A DNA stretch of 64,000 nt from Paramoeba atlantica. Taxonomy: Eukaryota > Protista > Discosea. The notes below the pieces were generated by a model, which saw only the letters and a program-made list of their open reading frames with translations, searched no databases and was not told where the DNA came from. The DNA is taken from assembly GCA_977017575.1 (NCBI GenBank), contig CDRNVI010000019.1:248001-312000 (forward strand), given 5' to 3'. A program made the translations under genes and the position numbers. Positions 21,840 to 31,893 of the stretch are shown here, piece by piece (the first letter of the stretch is position 1; each line of letters starts with the position of its first letter).

Positions 21840-22607
21840 TTATTTTTTACATTCCCTGATGCACTCATCAATGATCCACGAGGAAACGTTGCCATTGCAA
21901 TACGTGTCAAGCACAGTTACACCTCTTTTATTTTTTATAAACGCAACAGAAATTGTGGCATAGCAATCAGTAAGATCATAAGCGGTGGGATTACGAATTA
22001 TGACCGAATTAGACGTTTCATGGCGGGTTTTTAGTGTATTCAAAAAGTTATCGGTACCGATCTCTTCCTTTCTTCGAACACCAAAACAATTACATTGAGC
22101 AAACCTTTCCTTTCTCACCCAGTTCAGAGCCTTTCCTGTTTTACTGAACGGCAGTCCTGCGCTTTCTTCACTTAGTTCAAGCTCGGGAACACTTGCATTA
22201 GCTAACAAACTCGTCAAGGCATCCAAACAGACGGGTAATATGTTCCCATCGGCGTTTATTACAGTAAGTTCTATATGTAGTAAATAGACTGCTTCTCCAT
22301 CAGCGACGCTTAGTTTATCTAATTCCAGTGCATCACTGGAGCGAAGGACATTCTCAAGCCTTAGAGCCAGTGCCGCATGTGAAACGCGAAGCTTATTGGC
22401 ACTCGTATGCTCTGCAAAGTCGAATGGTGCAAAGACTCGAACGGTATAGAATCCGTCGTTGGGTCGCTTGGGTAGAGGAGGGCTCAACTGCCCGCAAAGT
22501 ACGGCGGTGACGACTGTATTGCCTCTCTTTGAGACTGCGTTGCCGTATGTGGTACTTGGAAAAAGATTTTGTTGAACCTGGACAGGACTATGGCTGCACA
22601 TTAGCAA
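21840..22607 (-). CDS. Exosome complex RNase PH-family subunit (Rrp43/Rrp42-like)
   Basis: GNAVSKRGNTVVTAV...LELDKLSVADGEAVYLLHIELTVINADGNILPVCLDAL fits the RNase PH domain 1 pattern. Confidence 0.82.
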   Translation of the reverse strand: MLMCSHSPVQVQQNLFPSTTYGNAVSKRGNTVVTAVLCGQLSPPLPKRPNDGFYTVRVFAPFDFAEHTSANKLRVSHAALALRLENVLRSSDALELDKLSVADGEAVYLLHIELTVINADGNILPVCLDALTSLLANASVPELELSEESAGLPFSKTGKALNWVRKERFAQCNCFGVRRKEEIGTDNFLNTLKTRHETSNSVIIRNPTAYDLTDCYATISVAFIKNKRGVTVLDTYCNGNVSSWIIDECIRECKK

Positions 22608-22949
22608 GAAACAAATCTAGAAAAAATAATCAGTTAAAAATTCATGTAGAATTTATACGAAACGGGAATATTAAGCCTTGTTTTGGCTTTTACACAATAA
22701 GACTATACCAAATGGAAGCATAGTTTTACCCGAGTTTTACCCTGTACAATATTTCGAACGACAAAAAGCGTTTATTCATGTTCGACGCATAATTTATGAA
22801 TCACGTACGAGTTGCATTATCATTGTTTACATCAGTTGCGTAGGGCTGTGTTAATGCACGATTGTACAGCACTGTATTGCATTTCAAGATCGTGGATAAA
22901 TTGTTGTGTGCATTGCCTGGAATGTGGATTTTACACTAAGGTTGACGAT

Positions 22950-23753
22950 CTATTTTTTTTTTCTTGAAAGCTTCTTGTTTCGTTTGGAGCAACGCCCATG
23001 GGCCTTTAATCTTTTTAATCTTGTTAATTCAGATTGCACATATTTTTTATTTGAGAAACTGTTCGCTTTGTCTTTGCGATTTGTCTGATACTGTCCTTTA
23101 CCTCGAAAGCTATTCAACGTGTGACCTGTTGACTCAATGCAGTCAGCTTTCATATTATCTTCTATTAGCTTCGGTCGCGAAACAAAAGTATCAATATCGA
23201 TCGATTTCGTAGACACAACAACAGTGCCGAATATTTGTTCTGAAAAGAACTTATCTCCATCTTCTTGAGGCGCACTTGATGTTTGCTCTCCCGTAGGAAT
23301 AATTCTCCCGTTGCACACTAGAGCACTGCTACCCACAAGGAATTTTGAATGCTCTACTTCACCTGAAGGTTGAAAAGTAAAATCGGGTTTAATTGGATGT
23401 TGCATCATCTCATTGTACTGCTGTCTTGCTGCTTCACGTCTATCTTTCCGCTCTGTGCGGATTTTTTTGGTATGAGACCGACGCTTCTGCATTGATGCGT
23501 TCACACGCCTTTCGTTTTTTCGTCTATGAAATCCCGTAAGAAATTCCTCTCGAGAACTACTATCAAAGCTGATCTCCTTGGGCTGAATTGCATTCTTCTT
23601 CGACTTGCGCGTTCCTTGTGTTTCTAAGTATTTCGCATTTCTGTCCGAGCGGAATCCTTTGCGCTTTGAATAAACCTTCTCTTCCCGAACGCCGCTTCCT
23701 ATTTTCACCATAGTGCGGATATTACTTTCCTCATAAATACCCAGGAAAACCAA
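22950..23753 (-). CDS. Nucleolar protein Nop25/Rrp17 family
   Basis: EISFDSSSREEFLTGFHRRKNERR signature and a basic C-terminal tail. The true start may be the internal MVKIG. Confidence 0.85.
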   Translation of the reverse strand: MVFLGIYEESNIRTMVKIGSGVREEKVYSKRKGFRSDRNAKYLETQGTRKSKKNAIQPKEISFDSSSREEFLTGFHRRKNERRVNASMQKRRSHTKKIRTERKDRREAARQQYNEMMQHPIKPDFTFQPSGEVEHSKFLVGSSALVCNGRIIPTGEQTSSAPQEDGDKFFSEQIFGTVVVSTKSIDIDTFVSRPKLIEDNMKADCIESTGHTLNSFRGKGQYQTNRKDKANSFSNKKYVQSELTRLKRLKAHGRCSKRNKKLSRKKK

Positions 23754-24118
23754 TCACTCACAAAGAATACATACACGACATAAATAAGGCGCACTTACAG
23801 TGCGCACTTACAAGCTGTAGCTTTGTGAAAACTGGGTTTGGAAGTAACACAAATAAATATTATCTCAGCTCTAATGCTCTCTAATGTTCAGTATGAGTAC
23901 CCAAAATAATTCATCACACAAATATAAAAGGAGTGAAATATAAAAGTAGTAACAACATAAACACTGTTGTAATGAGACAGTATGACTGCACAAAATGGTA
24001 AACTGTTATTCTTTGCACAAAAACCGCACTCGTAGTAAATTCCCCCGACAAGGATAACTACATTTCAACAATTCCGTGTCTTAAACCAATATACGAAACT
24101 GCTATTGTTGTATACGTT

Positions 24119-25684
24119 TTATGGCATCTCCTTTCGCGCGCCCCACACAAGCGCTCCGACCGCATTGATTGCTGTGGTGCTCGCTGCACGGTGCTCCTTC
24201 TTGAACAACAAAGCGTGGAGCAGCGATCGTCCGATTCCTAAGGTTAGAGAAATACGGCTGGGTAGCTCGATCAGGGGAGGTTGCTGTAGGCACCACACGA
24301 GTCGTAGCATATGCCGCAGCTGAACGTTGAGGGAGGCCTCTGAATAGTGTTCCGAGATACGATCCACAAGCCGTGTTACGAGGGGAATGTCAAAGACGGG
24401 TGCCTCGGTGTGAGAGACGGGTTGGCTCTCCGTCTTCTCGGTGGCCGGGGGTATCTTCTGGGGCATTTTCACTTCCCCTTCGTAGGCCACCGACAAGAGG
24501 GCGTCAAGTATCAGCACGCAACCCTCTACGGAGATGAGGTGAAAGTCTACACGGGCTTTTTCGTTGAGCTGACGTAGAAGCTCGTCGTCTCGAATGCCTG
24601 TGACGTGGATCACGGAGTAGACCCGATGTAGATGAGATGTGCTCGCCAAAGATAGGGTCTCCTTCAGACGGGAAAGAATGGAACAAAACAGCTCATAGTT
24701 TTCATACCCTGTGCAGGCAATGGCATACTCCCACAGAGCAAGGGCACAAATAAATGGAAACTCTGGTAGTCTTTTGAGTAGTTGGGGAGTGATAGTGTTC
24801 AGATAACAGCGGTCATACTCGCGTGATACCTGGAGCAATCGCAAAGTCTCAGTTAGGGCTCGGGTTGGTAAATCAGCAAGTGAGCGTTTTTTCAGTTCAC
24901 ACATTAAGATACTCATAGCCCGATTGTCCCATAATGAACAGTCACAAACATTGACAAACTGCGTGACAAATGAGGTATAGTCGAGATCATCCATATTTGG
25001 TATCAGCTGGGCAAGCTCATAAAGTGGGTCTTCGGAGCGAATAGATATTTCTTTAGATTGTTTCGGCGTCATTCCAAGCTTTTCTACTTTCGTCTTTGCC
25101 TTTAACATTGAAAGATTTTCTATGCTCTTTTCCATATCCGCTTGCAGGGGGGAAGCTTCAACATTTACCTTCTCACTCAGACGTTCTGGTATCATAGACT
25201 GTGCGTCAAGTATGTTATAGATTTCAATCAAACCCTTAATTTCTACAGGATTTTCAGCTTTCTGAACAAAGCTGTTCAATTGTGAAAGGGCCCGAAATTT
25301 TGACTCCTCAGTTTTCTCCCTTAAGTACATTGTCACAAATGAGCGAATCCGTGCGTACTCACCGTTCAATGATAAAATTCGTGGCAGAGAAATCTTCGCT
25401 CGAGCATTTTCCGGAGGAGCCGGTGCATGCACGGAAGACAACACATCTGCTGCGCTGGAGGTTACTTGCACCATACCCCCAATGCGTTCTCCTCGTTGTG
25501 CGGTAGCTGCAGTAGCCGCAATGCGCTTGACATACAGACTTTTACACAACATTGCACCCGACGTGAAAGGCGTAGGAGTAGAATGGTCAAAGCTGTTCTG
25601 TTTAACAATTAAATAGAAAAAATTAGACAACAAAGAATATGGCTTGAAATCTCTGTAACCATTGTATGGTATTGCTGAGTACAT
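24119..25684 (-). CDS. Hypothetical alpha-helical-repeat protein, possibly mitochondrial
   Basis: Long ORF with Leu-rich helical pattern. The internal MLCKSLYVKRIAAT resembles a presequence. Confidence 0.65.
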   Translation of the reverse strand: MYSAIPYNGYRDFKPYSLLSNFFYLIVKQNSFDHSTPTPFTSGAMLCKSLYVKRIAATAATAQRGERIGGMVQVTSSAADVLSSVHAPAPPENARAKISLPRILSLNGEYARIRSFVTMYLREKTEESKFRALSQLNSFVQKAENPVEIKGLIEIYNILDAQSMIPERLSEKVNVEASPLQADMEKSIENLSMLKAKTKVEKLGMTPKQSKEISIRSEDPLYELAQLIPNMDDLDYTSFVTQFVNVCDCSLWDNRAMSILMCELKKRSLADLPTRALTETLRLLQVSREYDRCYLNTITPQLLKRLPEFPFICALALWEYAIACTGYENYELFCSILSRLKETLSLASTSHLHRVYSVIHVTGIRDDELLRQLNEKARVDFHLISVEGCVLILDALLSVAYEGEVKMPQKIPPATEKTESQPVSHTEAPVFDIPLVTRLVDRISEHYSEASLNVQLRHMLRLVWCLQQPPLIELPSRISLTLGIGRSLLHALLFKKEHRAASTTAINAVGALVWGARKEMP

Positions 25685-25994
25685 GATATCGCTGTGTACA
25701 TTGTATGATGTTGCGTTGTATTAGAAGGTATTATCATTTGGCTATTAGTATGTGGGAATACAAGTACTTACACAACATGTTAAGTACAAGTAATACTTAA
25801 GGACCTACATAACTTCAGTGCTCGAATGCGAATAAGTTTCAAATCGGTGATTTACACTGCGTATGAATATTATCCATTGGATAGTATAATGCTACAAAAA
25901 TTCGGGAATGGGATGTAATATGGGGGAACAGTCTACAAAAAAATTATTTTTCATTTTATGTCATGCAAGGAATTGATATATGTTTACAATGCTA

Positions 25995-28900
25995 TCACGA
26001 TGCAGTGCTGTAAGCCTGTTCGTCGCCCATATCCAAGCTGCCGATTGAAGAAGACGTTGTCGACATGTCCCTTTCATCATCACTTGTGGATAAAATCGTA
26101 CTTATGTATTCATCCTCGTGACTCGACATGTAATCATCTGCATCCGCGAAAAGTCCTTCGTAGGAGTCTAGAGCACCACTTCCGATATCTGACTCCCACG
26201 TTGATGCTTCGGAAGTAGAGTCAGAAAGCTGGGAATCCGAAAAACGAGTATTGCTGGTATTTTCAATAGTGCTCTGAGTTCTCGTCGGCCCATAATTCGT
26301 ATCCACTGCCCCCATTGTGTATCTGTCATATTCATTTGGCTGAAGCATGCTGGGCGCAGAACCGGCATGTAAGAAAGTAGTAAAAGTACTTTCGTTAGAA
26401 GAGTGGTCGATTCTGTCCAATTCATCCATGTGAGAACCCCCAGTATTCCATACAATAGCCCCTATACTGGACGCGTCCCGGCCCGCGATTGATATAACCC
26501 CTATAATTCTTGAGCGCTCGTTATGATAATCCAAAATGACGTTTTCATGCGCATAGGTCTTTGAGTTGTAAGCACTTAATTGCAAGGAACTGTATGCGAG
26601 CAGAACACTAGAGTCAGGGCTCATTAGCGTTTCACACCTACTAAAGGCGGGGACAGTTTGTAATAATGATCCTGTCCTTAGATCCCAGATTCCAGTATCA
26701 ACTATAACATGACTGCCGTTACGGTGAAATAGGCAAGAGCCCTCGTCTATTCGGTCAAAGAGATGCACTGGTGGTTTTCGTGCACTTCGTCGAGTATCCC
26801 ATAGAGTTCCGCCGCAGAGTAGTAACTGGTCGTTCATGCTTAGACACGATTCTCTAACTTCCTCTAACTTCCACACAGAAGAGTATGTCGGATCTTTCAT
26901 TTGGCACACTGGAAACGAAGAATAGGTAGATATGATATTTTCTTGCTCAAAATCTACTAGAGCGTAGGTCGGTGGCGCATTTTCCCATCGGCTCGAACTG
27001 TATTTCGTTACTAAAAGAAGGGCATCTTGAACATTGCCAAATTGAGGTTGCCATGAGGATCCTATAGTAAATTGGTTCGTTGCTTCGAATGGATATCGTT
27101 TAACTATAACCGCTTCACTGACTGCAAAAGAAGTTATGGGAAGCCTACAGTGAGTCTGAATTTCATCTACTGTATGATTAGTTCTTGCTGTTGTCCTCTC
27201 CGACGCGGAAAAATCAAATGTGGAAGATTGTGCATTAATTAAATCTCTAACAACAGTATCAGCTGTATAGGAACGACCCTCTTCATAGGTTTCAACAATT
27301 TCTAGTAGAAGATCACGTCCGTATGCAACTACGCTGCCAGAGGAAGTGCCAATAAAAGTGGTGTGATTATTGCTGCTCCTTAATACGTGTGCAACATCGG
27401 ATTCCCAGTTTGCGAAAGCTAGCGAAATAGCTTTTACCTCTGAATATTGAAAGATGTTATGATATGTACTGGTCTTATTAAGTTTAGAGTCCGAAATGCA
27501 ACGTGGTTGCATTGTACATGTTGTTGCTCTTGAGGTGCCGTGCATGCTTCGGTCCATCTGCATATGATATGGTACTTTGTCAATGTTAGATAAATTAGAA
27601 TCGGAACTTCTAGCATCGAAACGTTCACGAGTTTCAATCAATGGGAAAGTGGATGAATGCGCACACAAATTTAGTTCCTGGCGCAGCGTTTGAGCGGTCT
27701 GCAATAAACCGCTGTCAGTTAAGATCTTGTCAAGTAATGCCAACTGTCTATTGTTACCAATACTTCTAGCTTCCGTAGTGCTCCCTAATTCGTTCCGACG
27801 TGTCCGAAATTTCTTTTTTAATAGAGTGCTCTCGAGCGGTATAGGACGGGGAATGAAGTGTTCGTATCGTTGTAACGCTTTCTTACAGTTTAAAAAAATC
27901 AAATTTCGAGTGTACGGCTGAAGCAATTCGTGCAATGCAGTGAGAGTTCCCAACCTCAAAAGTACATCTCGAATTTCATTAATTTCAATGAGTTCCATAA
28001 CAAGTGCTGTAATTCCAATGAGCAGTTGACTTTCCCAGGAGTCTGTGATCCAGGAAAAGCCTTCCTGTTTGGAGACAAGAGATTTTATGCGAGTAAAAGA
28101 ATCCACGACTTTAACCACAGCATTTACTCCTGCTGCGTAGCGAAAAATATCAAAGATATTTTTGGTATCAAGTGAGATATTTTCTCTGGATAACGAAGTC
28201 GAACTCGGAAATCGCTTTCGAGACTTCTCTTTCGGGGAACTTTGGTTTACGTTCCTGCTACATGATCCACGAATCAATAAAGACAGAAACCTAAAAATCA
28301 ACCCTGTCACATGAAAATAATACATTCCCTGAGTCTTGTCTTGCTTCTCTAAAGGAAAGTCCGGAAGTTTTGAAATTATTTCAGATAGCGCATATACCTT
28401 CAGCGCCGAACGACCAACTCGGTAGGGCGTCAATCCTAGAGCAGAACGCATGGCAGGAAACCAAGCCATCCATCTTAAACATGAAAAAATGGTGATCTCT
28501 GTCGACTTTCGCTGGCGATTTCGCGCGGAGGATATGTACTGTAGCATTTTGATATGGATATCAGCTCTCTTCAATTCGCGAATTAGATCGGAGCGCACGT
28601 TCATCAAAGTCAAGTCCAACGTGGCCCGTTCTTCGGCAGTCCCACTAAGAACACACAACGCACTCTTACTTTTCAGCAATGGTAACCAGCGTTTTCGAGG
28701 TATGTGTGTGTTTGCTTTTTTAAGCACACCCTTACAAGAGAGCAATAATTGTGCCACCACCATATTTTCGATGCACTCAACAAACATTAACATGCTATCG
28801 TGATCGGTATCATCATTCGGTACGGCGCTCATACAGTGGCTAATGGATTGAACGAGTTGAGCACATCCAGGATCCGTAGGCCACCGCTTTGAATCGATCG

Positions 28901-31370
28901 TGTCCTTGAACAAAATTGATTCAAAAAGACTCGTTACTTCATAGCATTCGAATTCTTGCGGAAGAGCGTTTGAAGCAGACTGTTGTGTCTTTCGATTTTT
29001 AGCTTCTTTTCCTGTCTTTTTGATCAGACATTCCGAGCGTTTATCGTGTCGAGGTACTTCCAATGAGCTATTCATTTCTTTCGTACAAAGCTTCTCTTTT
29101 TTATGGTTTCTGGTAGAAGAGTATGCATGTAATTCTGATTTGTTTGGAGGAAGAACACCTAGAAGAGATAGCACACAAGGATACTCCACAGCTAATTTGA
29201 GCACTGACGCAGCACGATTTCGCAAATGTAGGGGAAAATCAATTGCACCAATACTGTGACACGAAATATATGTGATCAGTTGAAGGTAATCTTCTCCCCA
29301 AAGTAATGCACTACGAATTTCGTTCCGTAGGAAAAGCACATGAACGATGTTAATTGCTTCATATCGCATGCAGGCGGAAGAACAGGTCAGAAGGTTTGCG
29401 ATGCTGCAAGGTTTCATGTACTTCACTATCGTTGTAATATTTTTCGAATTAGCGCACAATCTCCAAAACATTTGCAAAACCAAGCAAACGAACCTCATGT
29501 AAAGACGACTGGTAATAAACGTTGGACTATCATCTATTCGGTCGGCAATTCCAAAAACGGATGACCGCGATCGTTTTTGACTCAGCAAAACTTCAGCTCC
29601 CTGTGATAGCCTATCCGTTGGATAGTGGTTTGATCCGTCAATTTTGTCATTTAAGCAGCGAGAAATGAAGGGCGACCCCAAATTTAAAGTAGAAAACCAA
29701 GATTCGGGTTTTTCCAAATAATTGGATAAACACGACAATAATTCATGTACCGAGCTAGGGACAACTGAGGAATCGAGGAAATTGTCCTGTTTTCCCAAAA
29801 TTTCTATCAGAGTGCTAAATTCGAGAAAACTGGTATTAAATACGCAATGAAGAACATCCGTAGATGTGCCTTTTACTTGTGCATGTTCATGAGGTTCCGT
29901 ATGACTTTTCTCAACTGGCTTCAAAAGTCTATGTAGGTGATGAGGTTGCGGTGGCAGGCGCAATGTGCGACATCCATATGGTACTACGTCTCGTCCTAAC
30001 ACATAGGGAGAGTAACCCTGCTTTCCCTTTAAGTGACCCCATTGATTATTAGAAAATAACCTCCACATGACCTTAACTTTCAATGTCTCGGGGTCCCAGG
30101 AATCCACGATCCCAAGAATGTCCTCATTATCGCATTCCGGAGGAAAGTAAGGAGGTTCTCCTCCTGAAAGTGAAGGAAGTGGAGTCCATTCCCCTTTGAT
30201 AGGTTTGTTCGGCACAACGTATTTCACGTCCAGGAATGAAATAGTGGAGCACGGCCGTGGTATTTGATGAACTTCCTTCTGACGATTTTCTTCTACGCGT
30301 ATCTTTTCATTGCGTATGACATCGGCCATCTTTTTACATGCACCGCGATCATCCATCAGTAAAAAAAGGAGCCTCCGTACAACGAAGTCTGTAAATTTAG
30401 AATTTATTGCGATTTCCCCCTGTTTATACACATTACCTAATATGCACAGTTTCAGTTGCAAGCGATGCAAAAGTGTGGGGTAGTGCACTTCATATTCAAC
30501 GTACATGCCGCACTGAAGCACGACAGAGTGCTTACAAACTGCGCAAGAACAGGTTTTTGAGACTCGTTCTTCCGGGAAAAAGTTTTTGAGACTCTCCTGA
30601 CGTTGTTGCTCTTCGATAGACTTATGTAAATCCCAAACATCCACTTCTAATAAAATACAATTCAGGTAGGCATCGTAATCATGAAGGTAAGGACGGAAGC
30701 CAAATTTGGTCATAATGTAAAGAATGTAGTGTAACCAAAAACTTTCTTCCTCCCACCGGAATTTGCAATCGAATTCGTCATGAGACTTTGTACTAAGAAA
30801 CTCGCTTTCCACCATGTCATACATATCGCTGCCAGAAACAATATCGCAAACCTCGTTAGCCAATTCGTTCCAAGTTCCACTCTTGAGGTACATGCGGCGT
30901 TCTCGAGATGAAACTGTTGAAACATTTTGAAGAATCGCTACTATACTTCGCAAAACATCAAGCCGTGTCTTTGATCGAATTAAGTCTCGTTTCGTTATTT
31001 CTGTAGAACTCCCAGGGTGAGAACCGGAGCTTGTTTTTGAGCGTTGGGGGAGTTCATACGCAAAATTCCTTTCAGAGGAGAGTTCCGGATCCTCGAATAT
31101 CTCTCTCAAATTTGAATCTTCGTTCACACTAATAGACTCTGTTCGCGAACTACTCAGAACTTGTACTGCTGGCTCGGAATCATTTTCATGTGTTCGCGGT
31201 GCTCTTGGATTCGGCTCCTTGTGCAGGCGAACGTAATACCGCACCAGTCGGCGCATATGGGCAAGCAATTTCTCACGGCGGACAGCATCGGGTTGTGATG
31301 GAAAGTGAATTGGTTCCCGCATTGTGTACCATGGCATGTTGGATTCGTTCTGCGTATGGGAGGATGTCAT
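25995..31370 (-). CDS. DCAF1/VprBP-like CRL4 substrate receptor
   Basis: LisH-like LALLDKILTDSGLLQTAQTLRQE. WD40 segment LLLCGGTLWDTR...VHLFDR...LFHRNGSHVIVDTGIWDLRTGSLLQTVPAF matches DCAF1 LWDVR..IHKFD..FHPNG.EVIINTEIWDLRTF.LL.TVPAL. Acidic C-terminal tail. Confidence 0.78.
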   Translation of the reverse strand: MTSSHTQNESNMPWYTMREPIHFPSQPDAVRREKLLAHMRRLVRYYVRLHKEPNPRAPRTHENDSEPAVQVLSSSRTESISVNEDSNLREIFEDPELSSERNFAYELPQRSKTSSGSHPGSSTEITKRDLIRSKTRLDVLRSIVAILQNVSTVSSRERRMYLKSGTWNELANEVCDIVSGSDMYDMVESEFLSTKSHDEFDCKFRWEEESFWLHYILYIMTKFGFRPYLHDYDAYLNCILLEVDVWDLHKSIEEQQRQESLKNFFPEERVSKTCSCAVCKHSVVLQCGMYVEYEVHYPTLLHRLQLKLCILGNVYKQGEIAINSKFTDFVVRRLLFLLMDDRGACKKMADVIRNEKIRVEENRQKEVHQIPRPCSTISFLDVKYVVPNKPIKGEWTPLPSLSGGEPPYFPPECDNEDILGIVDSWDPETLKVKVMWRLFSNNQWGHLKGKQGYSPYVLGRDVVPYGCRTLRLPPQPHHLHRLLKPVEKSHTEPHEHAQVKGTSTDVLHCVFNTSFLEFSTLIEILGKQDNFLDSSVVPSSVHELLSCLSNYLEKPESWFSTLNLGSPFISRCLNDKIDGSNHYPTDRLSQGAEVLLSQKRSRSSVFGIADRIDDSPTFITSRLYMRFVCLVLQMFWRLCANSKNITTIVKYMKPCSIANLLTCSSACMRYEAINIVHVLFLRNEIRSALLWGEDYLQLITYISCHSIGAIDFPLHLRNRAASVLKLAVEYPCVLSLLGVLPPNKSELHAYSSTRNHKKEKLCTKEMNSSLEVPRHDKRSECLIKKTGKEAKNRKTQQSASNALPQEFECYEVTSLFESILFKDTIDSKRWPTDPGCAQLVQSISHCMSAVPNDDTDHDSMLMFVECIENMVVAQLLLSCKGVLKKANTHIPRKRWLPLLKSKSALCVLSGTAEERATLDLTLMNVRSDLIRELKRADIHIKMLQYISSARNRQRKSTEITIFSCLRWMAWFPAMRSALGLTPYRVGRSALKVYALSEIISKLPDFPLEKQDKTQGMYYFHVTGLIFRFLSLLIRGSCSRNVNQSSPKEKSRKRFPSSTSLSRENISLDTKNIFDIFRYAAGVNAVVKVVDSFTRIKSLVSKQEGFSWITDSWESQLLIGITALVMELIEINEIRDVLLRLGTLTALHELLQPYTRNLIFLNCKKALQRYEHFIPRPIPLESTLLKKKFRTRRNELGSTTEARSIGNNRQLALLDKILTDSGLLQTAQTLRQELNLCAHSSTFPLIETRERFDARSSDSNLSNIDKVPYHMQMDRSMHGTSRATTCTMQPRCISDSKLNKTSTYHNIFQYSEVKAISLAFANWESDVAHVLRSSNNHTTFIGTSSGSVVAYGRDLLLEIVETYEEGRSYTADTVVRDLINAQSSTFDFSASERTTARTNHTVDEIQTHCRLPITSFAVSEAVIVKRYPFEATNQFTIGSSWQPQFGNVQDALLLVTKYSSSRWENAPPTYALVDFEQENIISTYSSFPVCQMKDPTYSSVWKLEEVRESCLSMNDQLLLCGGTLWDTRRSARKPPVHLFDRIDEGSCLFHRNGSHVIVDTGIWDLRTGSLLQTVPAFSRCETLMSPDSSVLLAYSSLQLSAYNSKTYAHENVILDYHNERSRIIGVISIAGRDASSIGAIVWNTGGSHMDELDRIDHSSNESTFTTFLHAGSAPSMLQPNEYDRYTMGAVDTNYGPTRTQSTIENTSNTRFSDSQLSDSTSEASTWESDIGSGALDSYEGLFADADDYMSSHEDEYISTILSTSDDERDMSTTSSSIGSLDMGDEQAYSTAS

Positions 31371-31893
31371 TGGAAAAAGAAGAGATAAGGAAACGGGCGT
31401 AAATAATTTTGAAGTGGAGTTACTTTAACTATGTTAGATCACTGAGTTATCTACAAAAATGCGAGCATACTACAGGGGCTGCGGGTGCTGTTTCAGCGCG
31501 GTTTCGGCACGGTTTCAACGCGGTTTCGCGGGACACTAGAAACATGCATTATTACATCGTAATTTGTGGGTGATTCTTTGGACACTCAACATTTGAGCAA
31601 TTGGTTCAAAAAAAAGGAAGTCGGGATTACTTACAAGTCCTTTTCCCAGTATGTAGTTCAATATTGTACTGGACTACAATTGCGAAAGCATGTGAAGTAT
31701 CCAAAGATCGGGCACGTTCGTCTATTGACGATGTTTGCTTCTTACCAGGACTTGACAGCATGCATACGTTTGAAAGCTCTAGTAGACTTCACGGCGTGTA
31801 AACTCCCATCACAATCTGGTGAAAGCGAATTTCATTGGGACATCCAAAGTCAGTGGACCAATGCACGCAATATAGCAATGCGCAGCTGTGGTC

